Below are positions 10,384 through 19,987 of a stretch of 64,000 nucleotides of DNA, piece by piece (positions within the stretch are counted from its first letter, which is position 1; each line of letters begins with the position of its first letter). The notes below the pieces were generated by a model. It searched no databases, was not told the DNA's origin, and saw only the letters and a list, made by a program, of their open reading frames with translations. The DNA comes from an uncultured Eubacteriales bacterium. GTDB taxonomy: Bacteria > Bacillota > Clostridia > Peptostreptococcales > JAAYPU01. Made by a program: the position numbers and the translations under genes. The stretch covers positions 2,150-66,149 of the forward strand of contig CAYSBC010000001.1 of the NCBI GenBank assembly GCA_964429195.1, written 5' to 3'.

Positions 10384-11505
10384 TTATTTCAAGTATGGCA
10401 TAGGATCAACATATTCTCCGTTAACCCTGACTTCAAAATGAAGATGCGGACCGGTAGATTGACCTGTACTTCCTGATTTTGCAATGGTTTGGCCTTTTTT
10501 CACTTTCTCTCCCAAGGATACCGTGAGACTGTTGTTATGAGCATATAAAGTAACTATCCCACCGCCATGGTCAATCATAACTGTTTTCCCGTATCCTCCA
10601 AGCCAGTTGGAGTGTATCACCACGCCATCATTGACTGCAACGATGGTGCTATTCGATGGTACTCTGAAATCCGTACCTGTATGTAATTTATTGACTTTAA
10701 GTATAGGGTGTAGTCTATTTCCAAAAGGAGAAGTAATCGTTTTATAGCCTGGGCAAGGCCATGCAAAAACGCCTCCCACATAGTCTGAGTCACTCTGTGC
10801 TTTTCGGATAATTTCTGCTAACTCTTTTGCATAATCATTTAAACTATCAATTTGTTGTTCTAATGCTTTATTGTCTTCTTTGACCTTCTGTCTCAGGTTG
10901 ACAGCTTGTCCTCTGCTAACCTCCAGAGATTCCTGCTTGCTAACCACATTCGACTTTTGTTGGTGAAGGGCATACTTTAATTGATCCAATTTTTCTTTTG
11001 CAGCAGTCAGTTCTTGATGTTTTTCTTTTAATCCCTTTAACAACTCCACATCGTGTGCATAAATTCTTTTAGCCATTTCCAAGTTATTCATGAATTCTCT
11101 GAAATCAGAAGAGTCCAGTAGTATTTGTAGCAAGCCCACATCTCCATTTTTATACATCACTACCAATCTTGAATTCAATAACTCGTTTCGATCATCAATT
11201 TCTTTTTGCTTTTGATTGAGATTTTCAATACAGGTATTAATCTGCTTCTGGGTATCTCTAATCTCGGCTTCAAGGACCTTAAGCTCATTTTCCTTTTTTT
11301 CTATCTGATTATCCAAATCAGTGATTTGCTCTACAATGCTTTTTTCCTTCTTCTCACCTTGAGTCAACAAATCCTTTATCCCGTCCAGCTTTTTGGTGAT
11401 ACCGTCAAGTTCTTGTTGTGTTTCCTCCACACCTCCAAAAGTATGAGAGATGGGCAAGGTAGACATCAACATTATAATACAAATACAAGCTACTACTTTT
11501 TTCAT
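10384..11505 (-). CDS. Coiled-coil M23 metallopeptidase (EnvC/PcsB-like murein hydrolase partner of FtsEX)
   Basis: Signal peptide, about 220 aa of heptad-rich coiled coil, and a C-terminal M23 domain with 'HTGTDF' and 'GPHLHFEV'. It lies immediately downstream of ftsEX. Confidence 0.85.
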   Translation of the reverse strand: MKKVVACICIIMLMSTLPISHTFGGVEETQQELDGITKKLDGIKDLLTQGEKKEKSIVEQITDLDNQIEKKENELKVLEAEIRDTQKQINTCIENLNQKQKEIDDRNELLNSRLVVMYKNGDVGLLQILLDSSDFREFMNNLEMAKRIYAHDVELLKGLKEKHQELTAAKEKLDQLKYALHQQKSNVVSKQESLEVSRGQAVNLRQKVKEDNKALEQQIDSLNDYAKELAEIIRKAQSDSDYVGGVFAWPCPGYKTITSPFGNRLHPILKVNKLHTGTDFRVPSNSTIVAVNDGVVIHSNWLGGYGKTVMIDHGGGIVTLYAHNNSLTVSLGEKVKKGQTIAKSGSTGQSTGPHLHFEVRVNGEYVDPMPYLK

Positions 11506-11523
11506 AAGTTGCTTCCCCCCTTA

Positions 11524-12417
11524 TTAAGTATCTAAGAACTTTCTCATCGATAGTATACTGCCAACTGCTCCTATGCCGACACCCATGCTGGCAAATATCC
11601 ATATTAAATTACCCATTAAAAACGAACTTGGTACTAAGTCAATTGGAAAGATTAAAAAAGCTTCTTGGGAGAACCCTTCTAGAATCTTGCCATAGGATAA
11701 GCCTATTAGGGCTAAAGAAACTATCGCCCCTATTAAACCGATAATAACTCCTTCCACTAAAAATGGTCCCCTTATAAACCAATTTGTTGCCCCTACATAT
11801 TTCATAATGCTTATTTCTTTTTCCCGAGCCGTTACGGTTAGTTTAATCGTATTGGCTACAATGAATATGGAAATAATAATTAACACAAAAATAGCAACAA
11901 TACCTGCTTTTTGTATTAAATTCGTTATACTGATAACTTTATCAACGGTTGTCTTATAATACTGTACTTCGTCAATGCCTTCAATATCTTTAACCTTATT
12001 GGCCACAGTATCAGCATCCTCTAAGGTTTGAACCTTGAAGGTAAAGGATGCCGGAAGCGCTTTATCTTCAAGACCCTCTAGCAAATAGCTGTTTTCTCCC
12101 CATCTGTTTTTTAAGATGACTAGGGCATCTTCTTTACTTATGTACTCTACCTCTTCTATCTCAGGGATTTCCTTCAAATCTTTCTCAATAGCCTTTATTC
12201 TACTGTCTTCTATGTCTTCGTCTAAATAAACCTCAATTGTCTCAAATTGCAGCTTAGCTGACTCTGCAATAAGATTGATGTTGACTATAAAAATTAAGAA
12301 TAATCCTAATATGAGTAGCATGGCGGTTATGGAAAACGTTGAAACAAAGCACATATTTTTATGTCTTGACATCTGGATGAAGGCTTGTCTTATCATATAG
12401 TGAAGTGATTTTATCAT
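11524..12417 (-). CDS. ftsX: Cell division permease-like protein FtsX
   Basis: 297 aa. One TM helix, then an extracellular domain, then three C-terminal TM helices. It is 3 nt downstream of ftsE. Confidence 0.9.
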   Translation of the reverse strand: MIKSLHYMIRQAFIQMSRHKNMCFVSTFSITAMLLILGLFLIFIVNINLIAESAKLQFETIEVYLDEDIEDSRIKAIEKDLKEIPEIEEVEYISKEDALVILKNRWGENSYLLEGLEDKALPASFTFKVQTLEDADTVANKVKDIEGIDEVQYYKTTVDKVISITNLIQKAGIVAIFVLIIISIFIVANTIKLTVTAREKEISIMKYVGATNWFIRGPFLVEGVIIGLIGAIVSLALIGLSYGKILEGFSQEAFLIFPIDLVPSSFLMGNLIWIFASMGVGIGAVGSILSMRKFLDT

Positions 12418-12420
12418 TGT

Positions 12421-13092
12421 TTATATAAGCCCCCCTCGAGTGTCATTAATAATTTTGCCATTACCAATTGTTATCACTCTTTTATCCATTTTGCAGACAA
12501 TATCCTTAGCATGAGTAGCCATAACAATGGTTGTTCCTCTAAGATTGATTTGTTTTAATAATTTCATTATTTCCCATGCATTGTCTTCGTCCAAATTACC
12601 GGTAGGCTCATCCGCTATTAATACAGAGGGATTATTGATAATAGCTCTGGCTATAGCAACCCTTTGTTGTTCTCCAGCGGATAACTCATCAGGAAATTTA
12701 TTGGCTTTGCCACTAATGCCAACAAGATTCAACACTTGGGGAATTGTTCTTTTGATGGCTCTTGGATGGGTATGAACTATTTCCATTGCAAATGCAATAT
12801 TTTCATAAGCTGTTTTGTGGGGTAATAATCTGAAGTCCTGAAAAACTATGCCAATATTTCTTCTGTGTTTAGGTATATTTCTGTTAGATAGCTTGGTCAC
12901 TTCAGTATTGCCCACAAATATTTTTCCTGATGTAGCCTCTATTTCCTTTAAAAGAAGTTTGATAAAAGTTGATTTTCCTGCCCCACTGTGCCCCATTAAA
13001 AAAACGAATTCTCCCTTATCTATCTTAATATTGACATCAGACAATCCAATTGTTTTTTTGTACATTTTGGTAACATTATCAAATACTATCAT
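12421..13092 (-). CDS. ftsE: Cell division ATP-binding protein FtsE
   Basis: ABC ATPase with GHSGAGKST Walker A, LSAGEQQRVAIARA signature and LIADEPTGNLD Walker B. Confidence 0.95.
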   Translation of the reverse strand: MIVFDNVTKMYKKTIGLSDVNIKIDKGEFVFLMGHSGAGKSTFIKLLLKEIEATSGKIFVGNTEVTKLSNRNIPKHRRNIGIVFQDFRLLPHKTAYENIAFAMEIVHTHPRAIKRTIPQVLNLVGISGKANKFPDELSAGEQQRVAIARAIINNPSVLIADEPTGNLDEDNAWEIMKLLKQINLRGTTIVMATHAKDIVCKMDKRVITIGNGKIINDTRGGLI

Positions 13093-13285
13093 ATTGTCTC
13101 TTTTCCCCTCTAAGAAACCCTTACAAATAGAGGTTTTTATTTCTCTATATACATTTTAGTATAAAATGTCGCTTCTTTCTACAAAATAACCAAAAAAGTA
13201 TATTACGTTTTTGTTACTTTCATTTTATCTGCTTTTATTCTATAATTTTATAAAACAGTATCGCCTGCGAAAGGAGAAAGAAACT

Positions 13286-13867
13286 ATGCTTATAAAGACA
13301 GACAAAAAAGACCTCCGAATGAAGGCCTTAAATGATAGGAAATTTTTACCTGCCTCTCTTCAACAAAGGTATTCTCATGCAATTTTTGACAGATTACAAG
13401 CTTTTCCGGTTTATACACAAGCTAAAGAAGTCATGGTCTATTTAGATTTTAAGAATGAGGTTTCGACAGATAGAATTGTGAAGGATCTTATTAAAAGGAA
13501 TCAGCATGTCTATATCCCGGTAACGGTTTCTGAAAATTGTATGATTATTCCTTCTTTAATTAAGGATAAAAAGGATCTCAATGTCTGCGATTTTGGAATG
13601 CTTGAAACACCTGTAGAGAAGGCTTCCTCCGTTCATAATTCTTGCATCGATTTAATTATCGTACCTGGTCTTGTCTTTGACGTCACCGGTAATCGAATTG
13701 GTTTCGGTAAAGGCTACTATGATAATTATTTAGAATCTCTTGGCCGAAAGGTAACAACTATTGCTCTGGCCTATGATTTTCAGGTTAAAGAATCTATACC
13801 CTCGGAATCTCACGATTTTAAGATGGATTATATTGTAACACCTAGTAGAATTATTACTGCTCCATAA
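13286..13867 (+). CDS. 5-formyltetrahydrofolate cyclo-ligase
   Basis: AAGGAG lies 8 nt upstream of the ATG at 13286; the ORF-track start at 13211 lacks an RBS. Motifs 'DLIIVPGLVFD' and 'GFGKGYYD' are typical of the MTHFS family. Confidence 0.85.
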   Translation: MLIKTDKKDLRMKALNDRKFLPASLQQRYSHAIFDRLQAFPVYTQAKEVMVYLDFKNEVSTDRIVKDLIKRNQHVYIPVTVSENCMIIPSLIKDKKDLNVCDFGMLETPVEKASSVHNSCIDLIIVPGLVFDVTGNRIGFGKGYYDNYLESLGRKVTTIALAYDFQVKESIPSESHDFKMDYIVTPSRIITAP

Positions 13868-14381
13868 TTCCCCTTCCCCTGTACCCGTATCCGGAGCTGC
13901 GAATCCCGATAGGAATCGTATTTTGAAGATTCAATAACCTGAAATGGCCTCGACCTGCATCAATCGTAACGATGACTAGGGGTTCAAGGATAACCTTGCT
14001 TCTTTTTGTTTCAGGATCCTTATAGGCATATCCATATGCAAAGGGGTAACTATGAACCAGCTCCGTTTTATTGAAATAATAACAAATCTGTGTATCATCA
14101 AAATAGGCCACCCAATATTCCGTATCTTCTGACCAATAATCTTTTTTAATCGATTGGTTAAAGATGAATTGTATTGCCTTATTCCCCTCCTGATAATTAA
14201 AGATTTTATGTCCCAATGGATACTTTTCCTCATCGTAAAAAAGCATGGCAGCAGAAGCACAATCATCAGCAATCATTTTAATTTCTTCCAACTGAATACT
14301 ATACCTGTTGTAGTCAAACTGAAATACTATAAACATGCTATAAAGTAAGGTTATAGCCAGTCCTAGGATAAGGGTTTTCAT
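13854..14381 (-). CDS. Hypothetical protein with N-terminal hydrophobic helix; last gene of the Tad-like operon (possible TadE/TadG-like minor subunit)
   Basis: 175 aa starting MKTLILGLAITLLYSMFIVFQF. Its start overlaps the preceding gene by 4 nt. Its 3' end overlaps the convergent cyclo-ligase gene by 14 nt. Confidence 0.5.
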   Translation of the reverse strand: MKTLILGLAITLLYSMFIVFQFDYNRYSIQLEEIKMIADDCASAAMLFYDEEKYPLGHKIFNYQEGNKAIQFIFNQSIKKDYWSEDTEYWVAYFDDTQICYYFNKTELVHSYPFAYGYAYKDPETKRSKVILEPLVIVTIDAGRGHFRLLNLQNTIPIGIRSSGYGYRGRGIMEQ

Positions 14382-14794
14382 GGCATCACCTGTTCACTGG
14401 CGCCAAAGCTCTCAATAATATAATAATAGGAATTGTCTTCTTCTTTTATTCCCCAAAATTGTGGTGCTGCAATAACTGCCTTAATAGGAACACCAATCTT
14501 ATAATGAATCAATCCTCTTTCATCGAATTCATTCTGCCGGTATTTGATGTTTTCTGTCACCTCAATGATAATTTCACTTTCATGAACATTCCTGAATTCC
14601 TCAATGATATTTTGCTTGACCTCCTCTATCAATTCAGGAGTAAACAAACCTTTAGCTCTGGCTTTTTCTTTTGCATTATAGACGATATTCTGAAATTGCG
14701 TGATATGATGATAATTTCTTTGTTCTAAAGCGTATTGCAAAGGAAATGTTAATAATAACAATAAAACGGCTGTCATGACAATGATATGTTTCAT
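14378..14794 (-). CDS. Hypothetical protein with N-terminal hydrophobic helix (Tad-like operon; possible pseudopilin-like or DUF4320-like)
   Basis: 138 aa starting MKHIIVMTAVLLLLLTFPLQYALEQ. The call rests on operon position. Confidence 0.5.
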   Translation of the reverse strand: MKHIIVMTAVLLLLLTFPLQYALEQRNYHHITQFQNIVYNAKEKARAKGLFTPELIEEVKQNIIEEFRNVHESEIIIEVTENIKYRQNEFDERGLIHYKIGVPIKAVIAAPQFWGIKEEDNSYYYIIESFGASEQVMP

Positions 14795-14820
14795 AGGGAT
14801 ATCCTTCTTTCTCTCTTATC

Positions 14821-14967
14821 CTAGGGCTCTATCCTTTGAACGCTTAATTGTTGCTTCATGATTTTAGCTGCATTGTTTTTAACAGAATCCTGCTGCTCAC
14901 CCAGTATCATTTGATACAGATAAATCCCTAAAATGGTTAACATACAAATTATAATCAGTTGTTTCAA
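14821..14967 (-). CDS. Micro-ORF, 48 aa: leaderless hydrophobic-N-terminus peptide (candidate pilin-like subunit)
   Basis: Not in the ORF track (under 60 aa). TTG start with a GAGGGG RBS 9 nt upstream. Translation: MKQLIIICMLTILGIYLYQMILGEQQDSVKNNAAKIMKQQLSVQRIEP. It is a paralogue of the adjacent 52-aa ORF at the N-terminus (MK..III....ILG.Y). Confidence 0.4.
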   Translation of the reverse strand: MKQLIIICMLTILGIYLYQMILGEQQDSVKNNAAKIMKQQLSVQRIEP

Positions 14968-14990
14968 TGCTCAAATCCCCTCTCTCGTCA

Positions 14991-15149
14991 CTAGTTTTCG
15001 TGATCAATCAATTCGGTCATACGTACATTGGCTTCCGTAACAATATTCGAAGCTCCAGTCTTCAAGGAACCGCTAGGCCCATTGATTAATGTAGTCCCAA
15101 TGTAAGCACCTAAAATAATCGTAGCCAAAATAATAATAATGTTTTTCAT
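14991..15149 (-). CDS. Micro-ORF, 52 aa: leaderless hydrophobic-N-terminus peptide (candidate pilin-like subunit)
   Basis: Not in the ORF track. ATG start with a GAGGGGG RBS about 8 nt upstream, 16 nt after the stop of the TadC-like gene. Translation: MKNIIIILATIILGAYIGTTLINGPSGSLKTGASNIVTEANVRMTELIDHEN. Confidence 0.5.
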   Translation of the reverse strand: MKNIIIILATIILGAYIGTTLINGPSGSLKTGASNIVTEANVRMTELIDHEN

Positions 15150-15165
15150 AGATACTTCCCCCTCT

Positions 15166-16035
15166 TTATATTTTAATATTTAACATGTTATACAATGAAT
15201 CCATCCATATGGTGATAATGATAAAATTCATCAATATAACGATAATGTTAGCTATAACAGGAATAAAAATAATGTTGCTGATAAGCTCTTGCTCTTTTAG
15301 TCTTTGTGTCATCCTTTCCTGCCTTATATAGGTTTGCATGCCTGTAAGTTGTTCTCTTAATTCCAATGGATTCAGATAATCCAGCTTGATAATCATATTG
15401 GCTAAGTCATTTACAGATTTGTTATCCACAGAATTTTTAAAGTACTCTGTCGCTCCCTCAGCGTTCCCTTCCTGCAAAAAACTTAATGTCTTTGCAAATA
15501 TGTTTTTACTCTTATTGGCAAATTTAATAATCATTTCGAGTATGTAGATAGAGGACAAGGGCCTATCCTCTTGTGTGATGATGATATTTTTTAATTGGGA
15601 TATGCTGTTATAGATTTCATGCTCAATGTCTTCTTTATACTTTTTCATCAGAAAGACTTTCAGCCTATAAAATGGCGTTTTGATATTTAAAATCTTGTCT
15701 TGGGGTGAAGTGAATAACAGGGCTGCTGCAAGGATGAAAAGAGTTTTCATATCGGGCCATGCTAAGGATGCTCCACCCGAAATGCCTGCTGCTAGAATCG
15801 TTAAAATTAACAGAATTCTAAAAGCTGTATAAGTAAACAAATTGATTTTTAAATGTGTGTCTTGGAAAATGCTATCGGATGATTTCATTTCTGTTAGTAT
15901 TGTTTTAGCCATCTTATTAAAACGATACTTTTTATATTTCATTTTGTTATTTTTGTAAAAAAACAGTGTGTTTTTGATAAGATACAATCCGCTAATTCCT
16001 AATAATCCTATAATACAACAATAAACATTTTTCAT
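15166..16035 (-). CDS. Type II secretion system F-domain membrane protein (TadC-like)
   Basis: 289 aa. N-terminal TM helix, two central TM helices, a helical cytoplasmic domain and a C-terminal TM helix. It is the second of two tandem T2SS-F-like genes after the ATPase. Confidence 0.6.
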   Translation of the reverse strand: MKNVYCCIIGLLGISGLYLIKNTLFFYKNNKMKYKKYRFNKMAKTILTEMKSSDSIFQDTHLKINLFTYTAFRILLILTILAAGISGGASLAWPDMKTLFILAAALLFTSPQDKILNIKTPFYRLKVFLMKKYKEDIEHEIYNSISQLKNIIITQEDRPLSSIYILEMIIKFANKSKNIFAKTLSFLQEGNAEGATEYFKNSVDNKSVNDLANMIIKLDYLNPLELREQLTGMQTYIRQERMTQRLKEQELISNIIFIPVIANIIVILMNFIIITIWMDSLYNMLNIKI

Positions 16036-16043
16036 GGCTTCTC

Positions 16044-17054
16044 CTAAATATCAAATTTTTTCTTTCCTACCAATAACATAATTCCCCTATTCAATAGGGT
16101 GAGAAGTAATATGAGTGTTAAAAACTTGATACCCATTGGCGTTTTAAGCTGATATTCAAAAAATTTTCTTAATGAAAAATCAAAATATTTGATGGATATG
16201 AGAATACTGGCTGCATACATGACAGGGGATAACACGTTTAAAATAGAAAAACTTTCTATATTCAATTGATTCTTTTTTTCTTCAATTTTCTTGCTTTCTT
16301 TCAACTCAAAGAGAATGTCTTCTAGACCACTGGTGATATTTGTTCCAAATTCTATGGCCATATAAATGTTGTTGGCTAGCATTTTCATCCATTGTGTATT
16401 GATGATAAAGGTCAAGGTTTCTAATTCATGGATAATTTCTTCTTTCGTTTTACATTCTTTGATTTTTATAGATAGGAGATAAAAAGCCTTTTGGCTTACA
16501 GGAGCTGTCTTTATTTTTGCAACTCTCTCTATGGCCTCTATGATGTTATTATAATTGATTCGATATTGATTCACTAATTCTCGGACTACAATACTTCCTT
16601 CATGACTGCCGGAGATCCTGATAGAATACAACTTTATACGCAAATACAGATAGGGGGTGAATCCCATGAGGAGTGCTATGAGGATAGTATTTATAGGATT
16701 TGTGTAATGGCTAAGAACTATCAGCATACTTATAAAGAGAAGTAAGGAAAAAAGCACAAATACATGGACTTTTCGCTGGGGCTTATAGCTTGTCGTCATA
16801 TTCATTAAACTGTTGATATGTCGGTTCAATATACTCTGGCTATGTTTTAAACCTCTTTTCCCAAAGGGATAATTGTTTTTTATTTTAAAGGTTAGCAATA
16901 TATCCTCACCCAATAAAAACACAATGCCTCCAATGAGATTGCAATAAATGATGCTTTTCATCATAAAAGTAATCCATCTTTCTTCAAGAATAAAAATACC
17001 CCCTTTGTCCCTTCTATAGTTCCTTATAAGCATAGTGAATAGGGCCTGCTCCAA
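16044..17054 (-). CDS. Type II secretion system F-domain membrane protein (TadB-like)
   Basis: 336 aa. The segment 'WMKMLANNIYMAIEFGTNITSGLEDILFELKESKKIEEKKNQLNIES' follows the GspF/TadB pattern (xxGGnLxxxLexLaxxlRexxxxxxk). The start is uncertain: TTG at 17054 overlaps the ATPase gene by 41 nt, and ATGs at 17033 or 16964 are alternatives. Confidence 0.6.
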   Translation of the reverse strand: MEQALFTMLIRNYRRDKGGIFILEERWITFMMKSIIYCNLIGGIVFLLGEDILLTFKIKNNYPFGKRGLKHSQSILNRHINSLMNMTTSYKPQRKVHVFVLFSLLLFISMLIVLSHYTNPINTILIALLMGFTPYLYLRIKLYSIRISGSHEGSIVVRELVNQYRINYNNIIEAIERVAKIKTAPVSQKAFYLLSIKIKECKTKEEIIHELETLTFIINTQWMKMLANNIYMAIEFGTNITSGLEDILFELKESKKIEEKKNQLNIESFSILNVLSPVMYAASILISIKYFDFSLRKFFEYQLKTPMGIKFLTLILLLTLLNRGIMLLVGKKKFDI

Positions 17055-18426
17055 CCATTGGAAATTGCTTGCTTAAAAGGTCAAGTTCTTTTTCAAACAT
17101 TGCATACATACCTTCATCCTCTCGCAGACCCATTTCCTTCACTTTAACGCCTATTTCCCTCTTCCATGTCCATCTATCCCCAGCACTTTCATATTTGCAT
17201 ATGGGGCGAAAAACAATCTCATTATTTTCTAATTCTAGGGTATAAATGCCCTCCAGTCTTTTTTGAGACTTGTCTTTTAACTGAATAAAATTAAAAATAA
17301 ATTGAAAACTCTTAGAAACCTTCATAATCGTTCCACGAAAGGATCCACCATAGACTCTGACCACTTCGTCAGCCACGTCATAACAAAAGTCAAAGACATC
17401 CGTAGTATGAAAAGTAATTTTTACTCGTCTGGTCCCTTTGTTGGCAGCCCTTAGTGCAATATCCAGTGCAGCTCCGTCTCTTGCTTCTGCCATGATGACA
17501 TAATCCCCATCGGATCGTAATATACTTCTGCTGACTTTTTCTAGCCTTTTGTCATCTGCTACCAATTGGATGATGGGTACTTGGGGCATTATTTTATGCA
17601 AGGGTATTTCCGGATCGGTTTCAACCATGACACCTTCTAAGCTTGGGCTTTCGTAGCTTTGCCATGTTGCTAAAAAAGTTGTTTTAGCTGTTCGGACAGC
17701 TCCTGTAAATGCAATATTAAATCCTAAAGGTATCATGCTCTTAAAAAGTCCAATGCCCTCCTTCGGAATCGTTCCCATGTCCGCTTGTTTCTCAAAGGTA
17801 TATTCCTTTACAAAAAACTTCCTAAACACAATAACTTCCTGGTTTTCTTTAATAAGGTTTCCTGTATAAATACTTATTCTTGTTCCATCCACCATGTACA
17901 CCTCATGATAAGATTCGGATAGCCTTTTTTCAGGGGTTCTGAGTAGTAAAAACTTGATAAGTTGTCTCCTTTTGTCATCTTTCATGGGCTGAGGCATTAA
18001 AACAGACTGACCATTAATTAAAAAATATATCCTGTTGCCTATAATCTTTGCGGAACCGCTGTCTTTGTATTTTGATGTGAACCATTCTGAGACACCACCC
18101 ATGCCCCATATTTCATTATAAATAGCATCCGATAAACTTTCATACCAAGAGGGATATCCCTCATTCATTAAATTATTTTCTCTTAGGTAATCTTGTATTT
18201 TATCCTTAAAGTAGGCGACTTCTTTTTTATAGCCCATAATAGCCTTTTTATGTTCTAAGAGTATCCTTTCATATTCCGTGCTCGACTCCTCCCATTCTTC
18301 TTGAAAAGATTCCTTAACTCTATTGCATATCCCATAAAACCTGCACTCTTTGTATTCATGGATGCGAGGATCATTCATAGTCCTATGACTCAGATATTCT
18401 TCAATCAAAAATTTTCTACTTTCCAC
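17014..18426 (-). CDS. CpaF/TadA-like secretion ATPase (T2SS-E family) with deviant Walker A
   Basis: 470 aa. Walker A-like 'FTGAVRTAKTTFL' (canonical GGTGSGKTT), Asp box 'VETDPEIPL', Walker B 'DYVIMAEARD', and His-box-like 'KITFHTTD'. Confidence 0.8.
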   Translation of the reverse strand: MESRKFLIEEYLSHRTMNDPRIHEYKECRFYGICNRVKESFQEEWEESSTEYERILLEHKKAIMGYKKEVAYFKDKIQDYLRENNLMNEGYPSWYESLSDAIYNEIWGMGGVSEWFTSKYKDSGSAKIIGNRIYFLINGQSVLMPQPMKDDKRRQLIKFLLLRTPEKRLSESYHEVYMVDGTRISIYTGNLIKENQEVIVFRKFFVKEYTFEKQADMGTIPKEGIGLFKSMIPLGFNIAFTGAVRTAKTTFLATWQSYESPSLEGVMVETDPEIPLHKIMPQVPIIQLVADDKRLEKVSRSILRSDGDYVIMAEARDGAALDIALRAANKGTRRVKITFHTTDVFDFCYDVADEVVRVYGGSFRGTIMKVSKSFQFIFNFIQLKDKSQKRLEGIYTLELENNEIVFRPICKYESAGDRWTWKREIGVKVKEMGLREDEGMYAMFEKELDLLSKQFPMVGAGPIHYAYKEL

Positions 18427-19266
18427 TTAAATCCATCCCTTTTTCAGAAAATATTTTTTTATATTTATCTTTTTATTCGTTTTATCTGTCTGCCTCTCAA
18501 TACCCAGATAATCCTCTATCTTTTTACGAATCCCTTCAATGCTTTCATTAATCTGACTATCCTTAAAATTGAGAAGACTGCTTTTTTCCAGTTCTGCATA
18601 CAATCCCTGTTCAGAATACTCAATTTGTCCCAATAAATCGCATTGGTAGTTTACGGCTAGTATTTCAGGGTCCTGAAACTCCCTGCTACGGAAGATTTTA
18701 TTGACGATCATGTGATCTATAGGAATATTCAATTTGCAGAGAATTTCGTTTTTCATAGCACCATATCTTTTAAAACTCTTTTCTTTCTGATCTGTCACTA
18801 AAACCACCTTACCTCCAGCCTTGAGTCCTCCTATAGCCATACCTAATTCAATACTCGAACCTACATCAACCAAGAGGATATCAAACAATGTAGAAAGTAT
18901 ATTTAAAAAGTTATATATATCATTCGGAAAATAATATTTGCTTTTTATCATCGATTCGCAACCCTTCATAAAATACAAGGATTCGTCTTCTCTGCAAATA
19001 TTCATAAAATCCTTACTGCTTAGAATATTGTTTGTCATCTTAGCTTTGTAGTCATCCATTCCTTTGATGGCACTGTTGGCACGGGTATAGTCCATACCAA
19101 CAGTGCCATCAAAACACAGCATTAAAATTTTTGTATCTTTATTTTTAGAAAGCGATTCACCAATCATCCTGCAAATCATGCTTGTCCCAACTTTATGATC
19201 GGCGCCCAAGAAAACAATAACATTTTGAATCCTCTTATCATCGTAATTACCACTTTCATCTTTCAT
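18427..19266 (-). CDS. MinD/ParA-superfamily protein with degenerate P-loop (TadZ/CpaE-like, ATPase domain only)
   Basis: 279 aa. 'VIVFLGADHKVGTSMICRMIG' aligns with the deviant Walker A 'KGGVGKTT' but lacks the GK[ST] lysine. 'LLVDVGS' resembles a Walker B. Confidence 0.5.
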   Translation of the reverse strand: MKDESGNYDDKRIQNVIVFLGADHKVGTSMICRMIGESLSKNKDTKILMLCFDGTVGMDYTRANSAIKGMDDYKAKMTNNILSSKDFMNICREDESLYFMKGCESMIKSKYYFPNDIYNFLNILSTLFDILLVDVGSSIELGMAIGGLKAGGKVVLVTDQKEKSFKRYGAMKNEILCKLNIPIDHMIVNKIFRSREFQDPEILAVNYQCDLLGQIEYSEQGLYAELEKSSLLNFKDSQINESIEGIRKKIEDYLGIERQTDKTNKKINIKKYFLKKGWI

Positions 19267-19270
19267 GGCT

Positions 19271-19987
19271 CTAATTTACCTTTCTATTCCTATAGGCAAT
19301 AATAAACCTATACTCTTGTTTCACTAATCCTTCCAATTCCTTTATCTCCTCTTGAGTTGCGAGAACTTCAATAGACTTAATGACAGCTGACCCATACAAC
19401 CTGTCTACTCCTACCCTGTTTTCATCCTCTACTTCATAATTACTTCCATCCTTTACATAAGCTACAGCCATTATTTTTTCTTGCACCGCTTCATCGTCAT
19501 CCTCATTTTCAAAACTCGCTTTTTCATATTCTGCAGTAGCTGAGTTCTTCGGGCCGTTACCCTCCTTTTTTATAGGAAAAAGAATAATTTCATCGCCTCT
19601 TCGCAATGTTTGGGGAGAATTATAAATCCATTCCTTGGGAATTTCGAAAATAACCTGATTCTCCTTAGGAATGAGGTAGGAATAGCCTAAATAATTTCTA
19701 TCCACTATCGTTCCCTGAGGTATAAATTGTTTGGCCTCCTGACCTATAATAGATTCAATTGTTCTGGCAGTTTGAGGATTAATTAAAAATTCCTCAATCT
19801 TAACAAGCTCCACATTCTGATCATTAATCATGTCATTTCGGTGAATATCTTCTTTTGAAATAACGACCTGCCGGTAGAGAATATCCTCCCTACCATAATT
19901 TTCCCAATAATAAATACCCCCTATGGCCATTATCATTAAAAACACACCTAGAATTCCCCTAAGCTTATTCTTCAATGAATTCTTCAA
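19271..19987 (-). CDS. CpaB/RcpC-like Flp pilus assembly protein (N-terminal TM helix plus SAF-like domain)
   Basis: 238 aa with one TM helix. The segment 'VVISKEDIHRNDMINDQNVELVKIEEFLINPQTARTIESIIGQEAKQFIPQGTIVDRNYL' follows the CpaB SAF-domain pattern. Confidence 0.55.
   Translation of the reverse strand: MKNSLKNKLRGILGVFLMIMAIGGIYYWENYGREDILYRQVVISKEDIHRNDMINDQNVELVKIEEFLINPQTARTIESIIGQEAKQFIPQGTIVDRNYLGYSYLIPKENQVIFEIPKEWIYNSPQTLRRGDEIILFPIKKEGNGPKNSATAEYEKASFENEDDDEAVQEKIMAVAYVKDGSNYEVEDENRVGVDRLYGSAVIKSIEVLATQEEIKELEGLVKQEYRFIIAYRNRKVN

Noticed and set aside
13854-13867. A 14-nt 3'-end overlap between the convergent 5-formyltetrahydrofolate cyclo-ligase gene and the last Tad-operon gene.
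   Set aside because: The overlap is real in the sequence, but short convergent overlaps are common in compact genomes. No terminator or regulatory structure is associated with it, so I did not raise it as a finding.
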